Source: Dehalococcoidia bacterium (GTDB taxonomy: Bacteria > Chloroflexota > Dehalococcoidia > E44-bin15). Taken from it: a DNA stretch of 64,000 nt. Below the pieces are notes generated by a model. It had not been told where the DNA came from, searched no databases, and saw only the letters and a program-made list of their open reading frames with translations. The number at the start of each line of letters is the position of its first letter. The stretch's first letter is position 1. The translations under genes and the position numbers were made by a program. Below, piece after piece: positions 39,481 to 48,912 of the stretch. The stretch spans positions 66,420-130,419 of the forward strand of contig DATKYK010000024.1 in NCBI GenBank assembly GCA_035528575.1, read 5' to 3'.

Positions 39481-40752
39481 TTAACTCTTATACTCATCGA
39501 CAATGTTATATGCAGCTGCAATGCTTAAGATATCGTTGGCTCCATCCATTATTAATGAAGCCCGCGCATCCCTGAAGAGCTTTTCGATGAGAAAGTCCTT
39601 GGTGAGACCGTATCCTCCGTGGAGCTGCAAAGCTTCATGAGCCACCTCGAAGGCTGCATTTGTGCCATATATTTGTGCGGAAAGAGCATGTCGGGAAGAA
39701 GCATCAAATGTTTTCTCGATATAGATCTTGCTCCAGACGTGCTCCATTACCTTTCTCGTGTAGTACCTAGAGCTCTCGACCATTTCGAACATCCGGTAGA
39801 GCTTTTGCTTGACCGATTGGTGCTCGCATAGCGGTTTGCCGCCCTGAACCCTGTCCTTGGAGTACTTCAGTGCCTCCTCGAAGGCAGCCCGGGCTAGGCC
39901 GGTAAATGCTGCCGCCATGAAACAGCTCGTTACGCAGATTATCTGGCCTACGCGGTATTCATAGAAGGGGGGCCTGATGATCATGTAGTCATCCGGAATA
40001 TGCACATTATCAAAAGCGAGATCTCCTTGTGGAGAGTCCCTCAGCCCAAGCTTGTCGATAGGTTTCCCCTTGGTCACACCCTCTTGATCAAGCGAGACAA
40101 TGCAAAACGCCCCATTGGAAAGACAATCATGAGGCGGCAGGGTAACGTGGAGACCTACATGTGTCGCTGCAGGGGCTGAAGATATCCAGCTTGATTTGGG
40201 CCCGTTTATGATCCACCCATCGCCATCTTTCACAGCTCTAACTTGGCCGGGATGAAGCTCTCTTACATGAGGAAGAAAGCTTTCTTCACAAAGAAAGATG
40301 TAATCTGAGCCACACTCGGGCTCGGTCATACCCCAGCAGCTGTGGTATTCGGCTTCTGTATCTTCTACAAAGGGCTTCACCACTTTTTCAATTACATCTC
40401 CCATGCCAAATATCGAAGCCACTCCAGGCGGGACCTGATCCACGCCTATCGCCGTTGTCAGCCCCACACTTCCCCAGCCGAGCTCTTCCAGAATTATATG
40501 AGCTTCCGTTGCACTCAATCCCAGACCACCGTAGTCCGGGTCTATGAAGATCTTGTGATACCCCAACCTCTTCATCTGTTTTAAGACATCCCAATATGGT
40601 GAGTCTTCTTCTATCACCTTGGCCGGGTCGGACATACTATCTAATGCCGCCGCAGCAGGCCTCATTACCTCTTCAGCGAATCTATGTGTTTCCCGTCTTA
40701 GTAATGACAACCCCTTGTCCTCTGTGATTAGGGGGTCTATTTCAAAGTACAT
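39481..40752 (-). CDS. Acyl-CoA dehydrogenase family protein.
   Basis: It has the ACAD three-domain layout, with a C-terminal helical domain and the ALQLHGGYG motif. Confidence 0.85.
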   Translation of the reverse strand: MYFEIDPLITEDKGLSLLRRETHRFAEEVMRPAAAALDSMSDPAKVIEEDSPYWDVLKQMKRLGYHKIFIDPDYGGLGLSATEAHIILEELGWGSVGLTTAIGVDQVPPGVASIFGMGDVIEKVVKPFVEDTEAEYHSCWGMTEPECGSDYIFLCEESFLPHVRELHPGQVRAVKDGDGWIINGPKSSWISSAPAATHVGLHVTLPPHDCLSNGAFCIVSLDQEGVTKGKPIDKLGLRDSPQGDLAFDNVHIPDDYMIIRPPFYEYRVGQIICVTSCFMAAAFTGLARAAFEEALKYSKDRVQGGKPLCEHQSVKQKLYRMFEMVESSRYYTRKVMEHVWSKIYIEKTFDASSRHALSAQIYGTNAAFEVAHEALQLHGGYGLTKDFLIEKLFRDARASLIMDGANDILSIAAAYNIVDEYKS

Positions 40753-40803
40753 GGGGCTCCCTCCTCACGTTCAGAGTAACCTCTCTTCTATCGCTCAGTC
40801 AAA

Positions 40804-41415
40804 TTAGTCGATCGGAACTCCAGCAAGCACCTCTTTGGTTAACGCTACCACCGCTTTCATCCGCTTCATCATGTACTGCATATCGCCTTCGAGCTGCAAG
40901 CGGTTGCTCATTACCAGTCTCATAGTATCCTGCTGCCCTGAAACCAGCAGCTTCCAGGAGCTGTACTTCCCAGAGAGCTTGAAAGCGGCATCCTCGTGCT
41001 CACCCGGAGCCACACCAATCATGTCTCTGATGCTGCCATGCCAGAAATCCGCCCAGAAATACAGGGCCGCATTGCTCAAATCCTCAGCAGATAGCTTTGA
41101 GATTCTTGCCACCAGTTCATTTAGGTCCAACCTTGTGAGGGAAGCATCCAACGATATGCCCAGCTTCTTTTCCATGAAATCGCCCATAGGAGAGCCTTTG
41201 TACTTCTTTCGGCTCTCTTCGGGTATCATATTCAAGAAGCTCATGAAGCCTTCAATTACCTCTTTTCTACTCAGATCCCCCATAAACTCGTCGTCGCACT
41301 CGATGATACACAGGAAGTCACCTTCCCAATCCTTTGACGCTTCTTTGTACTCCTCGCTTCTCTTTGCGAGCTCCAACACCCCCTCTACCCATTCCTTTGA
41401 CGGGAATATAGCCAT
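40804..41415 (-). CDS. Hypothetical protein, possibly SCP2-like lipid-carrier.
   Basis: Similarity is weak. It lies within the acyl-CoA cluster. Confidence 0.4.
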   Translation of the reverse strand: MAIFPSKEWVEGVLELAKRSEEYKEASKDWEGDFLCIIECDDEFMGDLSRKEVIEGFMSFLNMIPEESRKKYKGSPMGDFMEKKLGISLDASLTRLDLNELVARISKLSAEDLSNAALYFWADFWHGSIRDMIGVAPGEHEDAAFKLSGKYSSWKLLVSGQQDTMRLVMSNRLQLEGDMQYMMKRMKAVVALTKEVLAGVPID

Positions 41416-41680
41416 TTCCCTACCTCCAATCTTATGTTTTCTTCCTTATACATAATAATCCCCCTCAGACAACAGAATCAATATTGAATCAGCTATATAT
41501 CCACCGAGACGACCACTCCTTGGTAGTTCATAAACTTAAAAAGCTTGGTTTTATAACGCCTTTGCTGCTTAACTGCACCCATATATTGCACGATGGTCTG
41601 CCCCTTAGCGAAAGCAGAGCGAAAAATTGGCAAACTAGATTGCGAGGAATAGAACGATTATTCTTGATGTGACCGTAATA

Positions 41681-41728
41681 TCACATTACAATCAATTTGT
41701 CAATTAGTTCCATTGACAAGTAATGTGA
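41681..41728. promoter_or_regulatory. Nested imperfect palindrome (TCACATTAC-n7-TTGTCAAT-n7-ATTGACAA-GTAATGTGA), a candidate operator in a divergent promoter region.
   Basis: The inverted repeats were read directly from the sequence. The site is about 100 bp upstream of the acyl-CoA dehydrogenase start at 41828. Confidence 0.4.
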
Positions 41729-41827
41729 AAAGAGCTACGCTACCACACAAGCTAAGCTGAACAAACTTAAATCTATTTTTACAAATGAGAGGATAGAGAG
41801 CAGTATCAACTAAATAAGGGTGAAGAA

Positions 41828-42973
41828 ATGAACCTAGACTTCAGTGAAGAGCAGAAAATGTTTCGGGCTGCGGCAAGAGATTTCCTAGCTAGTGAGTGCC
41901 CCAAGAGTAAGGTTAGAGAGCTTGAGGAAAGTGAGAAGGGACACGATCCAGAACTATGGAGAAAGGTAGCGGACCTGGGATGGATTGGGTTAATCATTCC
42001 TGAACAATATGGGGGTTCTGGATCGGAGTTCACAAGCCTTGTGGTCCTCTTCGAGGAGATAGGAAGGAACATTTTCCCATCTCCTCTTTTTTCTACAGTG
42101 GTTCTTGGTGCTCTGCTCATACTCCAATATGGAAATGAGGAGCAGAAGCAGAAGTTCCTTCCCCGCATAGCTCGTGGAGAGACTATTATGTCCCTGGCTC
42201 TTATTGAATCCTCTGCCAGTTATGAGCCATCGTCGATCAGAGTAAAGGCAGAGCTTCAGGAAGGCGGTTATGTTATCAATGGCATCAAGCTTTTTGTAAA
42301 CGATGCCGGGGTGGCAGATTACCTCTCGGTAGTGGCCAGGACTGCCGAGAAAGCGGACCCCAAGGAAGGGATCACGCTATTCCTAGTGGATGCTGAAAGC
42401 CCTGGGATAAGGATAGAAGTAATGCCCACTATAGCTCGTGATAAGCAATGTGAGGTTTCTTTCAGTGACGTCAGGGTACACCCAGGGGATATCTTGGGAG
42501 AGGAAGGCAGAGGTTGGAAGATAGTAGATAGAATCTTGGAGCAGGCTGCTGTGTTAAAATGCGCCGAGTCGGTGGGTGCGATGGAGGCGGTAGTGGATAT
42601 GACCACCGAATACGCAAAGGAAAGGGTGCAATATGGGAAGGCTATCGCTTCTTTCCAGGTTATTCAGCACTACCTAGCCAACATGACCGCCCGCACCCTT
42701 ACAGCTAAGGGCATGACCTATAGGGCATCCTGGATGGTTCAACAGGGTATGCCATGCACTGTAGAGGTCTCAGCAGCTAAAGCCTGGGCTAATGAGGCAT
42801 ATAAGTTCGTTACCGAAAGGGCAGTGCAAATTCACGGTGCCATTGGAATGACCAGAGACCACGATATAGGGCTTTACTACAGGAGAGCTAAAGCAGCAGA
42901 CGTAATCTTTGGGGATACTGATCTCCACCATGAAAGGGTAGCCCAGCAACTGTGGCCGGGCATTAGACCCTGA
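41828..42973 (+). CDS. Acyl-CoA dehydrogenase.
   Basis: It has ACAD motifs (QIHGAIGMTRD). Confidence 0.85.
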   Translation: MNLDFSEEQKMFRAAARDFLASECPKSKVRELEESEKGHDPELWRKVADLGWIGLIIPEQYGGSGSEFTSLVVLFEEIGRNIFPSPLFSTVVLGALLILQYGNEEQKQKFLPRIARGETIMSLALIESSASYEPSSIRVKAELQEGGYVINGIKLFVNDAGVADYLSVVARTAEKADPKEGITLFLVDAESPGIRIEVMPTIARDKQCEVSFSDVRVHPGDILGEEGRGWKIVDRILEQAAVLKCAESVGAMEAVVDMTTEYAKERVQYGKAIASFQVIQHYLANMTARTLTAKGMTYRASWMVQQGMPCTVEVSAAKAWANEAYKFVTERAVQIHGAIGMTRDHDIGLYYRRAKAADVIFGDTDLHHERVAQQLWPGIRP

Positions 42974-43249
42974 TGGTAAAATATAGCCGAAATTCTAAAG
43001 CAGGATGAGCAGGTTCAGCATTCTGTCTTTACCCCAAGCGATCACCCGTATGAGGGGAACTCGACGGTTTGGATTCAGGATTAATAAAAAGTTAGGGTAG
43101 TGTGATGCAGGTCTAATTTGGAGGTGGAGAAAGAAGCTCAAATGCCGTTTGTGCCAGCAGTATGTGATTACAACCCACAGACTGTTCCGCGCTGGCAGTG
43201 CAGTATTTAACCTATCTCATGAGTCTTTGTTAGATTTAGCTGAAAGGGA

Positions 43250-44590
43250 ATGGCGAAACATAATATGAAGACAAGAGAAGTAGTACTGGTAGACTATGCA
43301 CGAACTCCAGAAGGAAGAGGAGCAGCAAAGGGAAAGCCAGGGTTTTTCGATGCTTGCCGTTCCGATGATTTGGGCATAGTTGTAATAGAGGATTTAATAC
43401 GGAGAACAAACATAGACCGTAGCACAATTGACGGCATATACTCGGGCTCACCAAACCTGAGTTACATACAGGGTAATATGGGTAGAGCAATGGCCTTAAT
43501 GACCTGTGGTTATGACACACCTGGTCTGACTGTTGACCGGGCTTGTACTTCCGGCATGACCACCGGGATGATTGCCACAATGGAAATTATGTTGGGCTAC
43601 GGAGATATTTATATCGCCGGTGGGATAGAGAGCTGCTCTAGCTTTCCCATTCCTACAATCACTCCTGACTCCGATATAGCCGCAATGCTGGAGAAGTTTG
43701 GTAGGGAGCGCTACTGGCCAAATCCAAAGCTATTCAGCATGGTTGATATCAGTATATTGGTAGGTATGGGTCTAACTGCTGAAAGGCTGGCGAAAGACTA
43801 TAACCTTACCAGGGAGGACCATGACCAATGGGCATTGCGAAGCAATATGAGGGCCGCGGCGGCTCATCGAGAAGGTCGGTTTAAAAACGAGATAATCCCA
43901 ATGGAGGCGAAAACAGCGGGTGGGACTATACAGACTGTTGATTATGATGAAACTGTGAGACCTGATTCAAGCATTGAGAAGATACGCAGCCTGCCGCCAC
44001 TCTATTCGGCCGATGGGGTTATAACTGCTGCCAGTGCATCTACTGAGAATGATGCGGCCGCATTCGGTGTATACATGTCCAAAGAGAAAGCGAAGGAATT
44101 GGGATTGGTGCCAATGTGTACCATAAAGGAGATGGCCCATGTAGCATGTGAACCAGGGCTAATGGGATATAGCGCTATCAAAGCGACGAGGAAGGCTCTA
44201 GAGAGGTCGAATTTATCGGTGGATGAAATAGATGTGTGGCAGTCCAACGAGGCATTTGTCACTGTCCCTCTAGCACTATGCAAAGATTTGGGCATAGACC
44301 CGGAGAAGGTGAATGTTAATGGATGCGCATGTTGCATTGGACACGCTATAGGTGCAAGCGGGATGCGAGTGCTTGGAACTACTGCTTATGAAATTAACCG
44401 CACGAGGTCCAGATATGGCTGTTCATCTATATGTGGTGGCTGGGGTCAAGGAACGGCAGTCATTATGGAAAGGGAGGATTACCGGGATGGTCGTCGTGCC
44501 TGGGAACTGGGTGGAGTCCCAACACCAGCACGCTACCCATATACTGATCCATTCCCTGGGTTTCCCCCTGAAGCTTTGGCAGAATTTTAA
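43250..44590 (+). CDS. Thiolase-superfamily protein (SCP-x / lipid-transfer-protein-type thiolase).
   Basis: It has the thiolase fold with an active-site Cys (DRACTSGM) and C-terminal Cys/His/Gly-rich motifs. Confidence 0.75.
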   Translation: MAKHNMKTREVVLVDYARTPEGRGAAKGKPGFFDACRSDDLGIVVIEDLIRRTNIDRSTIDGIYSGSPNLSYIQGNMGRAMALMTCGYDTPGLTVDRACTSGMTTGMIATMEIMLGYGDIYIAGGIESCSSFPIPTITPDSDIAAMLEKFGRERYWPNPKLFSMVDISILVGMGLTAERLAKDYNLTREDHDQWALRSNMRAAAAHREGRFKNEIIPMEAKTAGGTIQTVDYDETVRPDSSIEKIRSLPPLYSADGVITAASASTENDAAAFGVYMSKEKAKELGLVPMCTIKEMAHVACEPGLMGYSAIKATRKALERSNLSVDEIDVWQSNEAFVTVPLALCKDLGIDPEKVNVNGCACCIGHAIGASGMRVLGTTAYEINRTRSRYGCSSICGGWGQGTAVIMEREDYRDGRRAWELGGVPTPARYPYTDPFPGFPPEALAEF

Positions 44591-44637
44591 ATAGGGCTGT
44601 TAGTAATGCAGGCACCCTTGAGATTCACCACTGATTT

Positions 44638-44853
44638 TTGTTTTCTACTGAGCGCGATATGGTTGTTGAGATTAACCATCCCACGTTGGGCAAAGTGAAG
44701 CAAGTGGGAATCCCTATAAAGTTGTCGGAGACGCCCGGAGCCATAAGACGGCCGCCTCCTCACCGCGGTGAACACACCGAGGAAATCCTTTTGGAGCTCG
44801 GCTACAACAGGCAAGCAATTGATAAACTTAGGTCAAGTGAAGCTATAAAATAG
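44638..44853 (+). pseudogene. C-terminal remnant (about 70 aa) of a third family-III CoA-transferase paralog.
   Basis: It aligns to the C-termini of the two downstream CaiB-like genes (GKVK.VGIPIKLSETPG ... LGEHTEEIL). No N-terminal body is present. Confidence 0.6.
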
Positions 44854-44877
44854 ATCGCTTTGGAAAGGGATTAGAAC

Positions 44878-46080
44878 ATGGCAAAGCCATTGGAAGGTAT
44901 AGTTGTATTAGATGACTCCATGTATGAGGTAGGACCCAGATCAACCATGTTCTTGTCTGATATGGGAGCTACAGTTATCAAGGTTGAGCCACCGGAAGGG
45001 GAGTTTTTTAGATCATATAGTAATCTTATGCCCGGGGCAGAGAGACAGCTTTCCATTTCAAACCGCAATAAGAAGGGAATCCGCCTGAACTTGAAAACTG
45101 AAAAGGGCAAGCAAATACTTATGGCGTTGGTTAAAAAGGCAGATATATTCGTTGAAGCCTTCCGCCCAGGGGTCACAAAGGAGCTGGGTATCGATTACCA
45201 AACCTTGAAGAAGATCAATCCCGGCATAATATACCTCTCCATAGCCATATATGGTCAAACCGGACCCTATCACCAGATTAGAGGATTCGATATCATAGCC
45301 CAAGCGATGGGAGGGATGCTATGCTATTATGACCCTCCTCCAAAAATGCAGTTCCTACCCATCTCAGACTTGACATCACCGGTTTATGCCGCTCTTGCCG
45401 TTCTATTGGCACTATACTACAGGCAGCAGACCGGCATAGGGCAGCACATTGACCTATCCTGCCAGGATGTGATGTATTCAACTAACTTTCTGGCTACAAG
45501 TTACAATTGCCTAAAGGGTCATGTAGATGAGTTTACACTGAACTCCATAGCTGGCGTCTACCCCCACGGACAATATCCCAAACTTATTTATGGCTTCTAT
45601 AAGACCAGGGATGAAAATTACCTATTTATTGCGCCCCTTAAGGAGGAGCACTGGGAGGGATTCGTGGATGCAATCGGAAGTAACGAGCTTATGGATAAAA
45701 AGAGGTATGGTAGTCTGATGCTGCGCGCACGGCACAGTGAAGAGGGTGCTCGCATTGCAGAACATTGGGTAGCTGCTAGGAGCAGTGATGAAGTGAAGAG
45801 GATAATGGATGAGGCGGGAGTACCTTGCGAACCAGTAATTACCGAGGATGAATTGAAAGAAGATCCGCAGCTTAATGCCAGAGAGATGTTGGTTGAAGTG
45901 GAGTGTGCTGACCTCGGCAAGTTCAAGATACCCGGCGTGCCAATAAAGCTTTCAGAGACACCTGGCGGCATAGAATCACCAGCCCCCAAATTGGGTGAGC
46001 ACACCGAAGAGATACTTACCACCTTATTAGGTTACAGCAAGGAGGAGATAGTCAGACTGAGAGAGCAAGAGGTTATATAG
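44878..46080 (+). CDS. Family III CoA-transferase (CaiB/BaiF/FRC-like).
   Basis: The CoA-transferase III fold is recognisable at 400 aa. Confidence 0.85.
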   Translation: MAKPLEGIVVLDDSMYEVGPRSTMFLSDMGATVIKVEPPEGEFFRSYSNLMPGAERQLSISNRNKKGIRLNLKTEKGKQILMALVKKADIFVEAFRPGVTKELGIDYQTLKKINPGIIYLSIAIYGQTGPYHQIRGFDIIAQAMGGMLCYYDPPPKMQFLPISDLTSPVYAALAVLLALYYRQQTGIGQHIDLSCQDVMYSTNFLATSYNCLKGHVDEFTLNSIAGVYPHGQYPKLIYGFYKTRDENYLFIAPLKEEHWEGFVDAIGSNELMDKKRYGSLMLRARHSEEGARIAEHWVAARSSDEVKRIMDEAGVPCEPVITEDELKEDPQLNAREMLVEVECADLGKFKIPGVPIKLSETPGGIESPAPKLGEHTEEILTTLLGYSKEEIVRLREQEVI

Positions 46081-46090
46081 GCGGAAAGCA

Positions 46091-47269
46091 ATGGCAATGG
46101 CACTAGAAGATGTGCGAGTACTCGATTTATCAGGGTTCATAGCGGGTGCCTACGGCACCAGGATCTTAGCAAGCTTTGGGGCAGAGGTAATTATGGTCGA
46201 ACCCGTAACGGGATCATTTATGAGGTCAATAGTTTCAATTGAACCGGGAGTGCTGCCCCTGTCTTCGCTGGTAAACCACGATAAAAAGAGTGTGGCCTTG
46301 AACCTGAAGTATAAAAATGGCAAGGATATATTCAAGGAATTGGCAGCCAAGGCAGATGTGCTGGTAGAGACTTTCAGGCCGGGGACAATGGCCACGCTAG
46401 GTCTTGATTACGAGAGCCTAAGGAAGGTCAACCCAAGGCTTGTATATTTGTCGCAAACAGCGTATGGACAAACCGGGCCTTATTCCAGGGATATAGGATA
46501 TGATGGTGGCGTTCAAGCCACATCGGGTATGCACACTCTACGCGAGCATCCCGAGGTAGCGCCCCCTATATTTGCCGACATTGTATCATCTGTTTACGGG
46601 GTATTGGGGGTTATGATTGCTTTACTCTATCGACAGAAAACCGGGCAGGGACAATATATCGACCTATCAATGAACGATGCTATCTTTAGCCAGAACTACT
46701 TGGAACACTTGAAGATTGTCTGGGAAGGCCTACCCAATTTCATAATAGACATGTCTTGCCACCCGCCAAGGTGCTTACTGGGTAGCTTCAAGTGTAAGGA
46801 TGGGTATGTAGTGAACTCCTTCCTTCAAGAGAAACAGTGGGCAGCAGCAGCAGATGTAATAGGGGAAAAACAGATGGTGGAAGACGAAAGGTTTGCTAAC
46901 ATACTTAGTCGGGCGCAGAATGATGAAGCTGCCAGCTCTATAATAGAGGGTTGGACCAGTAACCACACGAGGGATGAAATCGTAGATGCGATGGTGGAGG
47001 CGGGAGTTCCCTGTGCCAAAGTTCTCACCCTGGAGGAAGTGGAGGAAGACCCCCAGCTTCGCTCAAGGGATATGCTGCTCGAGCTAAATGACCCTGATTT
47101 TGGCAAGGTTAAAGTGGTTGGGATTCCGTTCAAGCTTTCGGAGACACCTTCCATAATAAGGACCCCCGCCCCCAGGTTGGGTGAGCATACTGAAGAGATA
47201 CTTATCTCCCTACTAGGTTACAGCAAAGAGGAAATTGCTAAACTGAGAGGACATGGCGTCATAGCTTAG
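46091..47269 (+). CDS. Family III CoA-transferase, paralog 2.
   Basis: It is colinear with the preceding gene. Confidence 0.85.
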   Translation: MAMALEDVRVLDLSGFIAGAYGTRILASFGAEVIMVEPVTGSFMRSIVSIEPGVLPLSSLVNHDKKSVALNLKYKNGKDIFKELAAKADVLVETFRPGTMATLGLDYESLRKVNPRLVYLSQTAYGQTGPYSRDIGYDGGVQATSGMHTLREHPEVAPPIFADIVSSVYGVLGVMIALLYRQKTGQGQYIDLSMNDAIFSQNYLEHLKIVWEGLPNFIIDMSCHPPRCLLGSFKCKDGYVVNSFLQEKQWAAAADVIGEKQMVEDERFANILSRAQNDEAASSIIEGWTSNHTRDEIVDAMVEAGVPCAKVLTLEEVEEDPQLRSRDMLLELNDPDFGKVKVVGIPFKLSETPSIIRTPAPRLGEHTEEILISLLGYSKEEIAKLRGHGVIA

Positions 47270-47285
47270 TCAAGGAGGTTAAAGG

Positions 47286-48497
47286 ATGGACTTCCAGTTT
47301 ACCCCGGAGGAAGAGGCATTAAGGAAGGAACTTGATGATTTCTTCAAGAGGGAGATGAAGGATGCCCCAAGTCAATGGGGCGCATCGATGGAGGCTATTT
47401 TCAGCGAAGAATGTTGGGGCTTCTTTAAGGAGATGGCCAGGAAGCTTGGAGATAAGGGGTGGCTCTCCCGTCCATGGCCCAAGGAATATGGAGGGGTGGA
47501 TGCCCCCCTGACGGAGCAGTATATCTTCAGCGATGTGCAGGGATATAATCTTGGGGCAGGGGTCGACCCAATGGGCATACTTATGCTCGCCCCGACCCTT
47601 GTATTCTGGGGGACGCATGAGCAGAAGAAAGAATACTTGCTTCCCATGGCACGGGGAGAGCTATTTTGGGCTCAGTTGTGGAGCGAGCCCAATGCAGGCT
47701 CGGACCTTGCGTCCCTCACCACCAGCGCCGTAAGGGAGGGGGACTACTATATAATAAATGGGCAAAAGACTTGGAGCAGTGGGGCCCACCATGCCGATTG
47801 GGGTTTTGGAGTTTTCAGGACCGGGTTTGATCCCGAGATTCACCGAAGGGGGCGGGGGCTTTCATTTATCCTTGTCGATATGAAGACGCCAGGCATTTCG
47901 GTACGTCCTATACTCAGTATGAACAGTGCCCACCTGTTCAACGAGGTCTTTTTCGATAATGTGAGGGTTCCGGTACGTAACCTCGTTGGTGAGGAGAACA
48001 ATGGTTGGACTGTTTCCCAAATCACCTCGAACTACGAGCGATCTATGGTTATGCTGACTTCCGGGCTGAGACGCATCTTTGATGATTTAGCGGAATTTTG
48101 CGGGGAGAAACAATGGGATGGTAGAATCCTGGCTGAAGACCCCCTTGTCCGGAATAGAATGGGGGAGTTAGCAGTCGAAATGGAGGTAGCCCGCAGCCTT
48201 TCTCTACATGTGCTGTGGAAGCAGATGACAGTTACAACTATTGAAGACGTTGCAACTCCGGCCTGCACCGCTAAGGTCTTGGTCACCGAGCTAAATGAGC
48301 ACCTTACCAATACCGGCTGTCAAATCATGGGACATTATGGGACACTAAAGGATTCCAAATGGGCACCGCTTAAGGGTTACTTCGAGAATAGCTATCAGAT
48401 ATGCAAGGGTTTGAGTATTGCAATGGGCAGCAACGAGATTATGAGAAATATTATCTGTTGGGTCGGGATGGGTCTTCCCAGAATAAGAGGAGGTTGA
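47286..48497 (+). CDS. Acyl-CoA dehydrogenase.
   Basis: It has the ACAD layout and is 403 aa. Confidence 0.85.
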   Translation: MDFQFTPEEEALRKELDDFFKREMKDAPSQWGASMEAIFSEECWGFFKEMARKLGDKGWLSRPWPKEYGGVDAPLTEQYIFSDVQGYNLGAGVDPMGILMLAPTLVFWGTHEQKKEYLLPMARGELFWAQLWSEPNAGSDLASLTTSAVREGDYYIINGQKTWSSGAHHADWGFGVFRTGFDPEIHRRGRGLSFILVDMKTPGISVRPILSMNSAHLFNEVFFDNVRVPVRNLVGEENNGWTVSQITSNYERSMVMLTSGLRRIFDDLAEFCGEKQWDGRILAEDPLVRNRMGELAVEMEVARSLSLHVLWKQMTVTTIEDVATPACTAKVLVTELNEHLTNTGCQIMGHYGTLKDSKWAPLKGYFENSYQICKGLSIAMGSNEIMRNIICWVGMGLPRIRGG

Positions 48498-48530
48498 CCA
48501 GGAATGGGATATGCTGTTCTAGCCTTTCGC

Positions 48531-48693
48531 CCTCGCTAGTGAGTGCCCCAAGAGTAAGGTTAGAGAGCTTGAGGAAACTGAGAAGGGAAATGTCCCATGA
48601 CTATAAAGGACGATAGCGGACCTGGAATGGATAGGGTTAATCCTTCCTTAACAATATGGGAGTTCTAAAGCGGAGTTCACAAGAATTGCACGG
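48531..48693 (+). pseudogene. Degenerate roughly 165-bp copy of the 5' end of the acyl-CoA dehydrogenase gene at 41888-42040.
   Basis: Nucleotide similarity (ctagtgagtgccccaagagtaaggttagagagcttgaggaaa...) was seen by eye, with indels. Confidence 0.55.
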
Positions 48694-48912
48694 TGACTCA
48701 TGGTGGTTTGCCCTTATCATTCACCCCTTATATAACATAGCTATTATGGCCGAGTTGCAATTGCAGATAACATGAATCGGCCAGACCTGGCGGTCTCTCC
48801 TAACCCTACCTGCCCAATCATAGGGATGCACTCCACAGTTTCATCCAATAACCCGTCGGATTGTAGATAACATACCTATCGAGATATACATCGAGATACA
48901 CACCACAAGATA

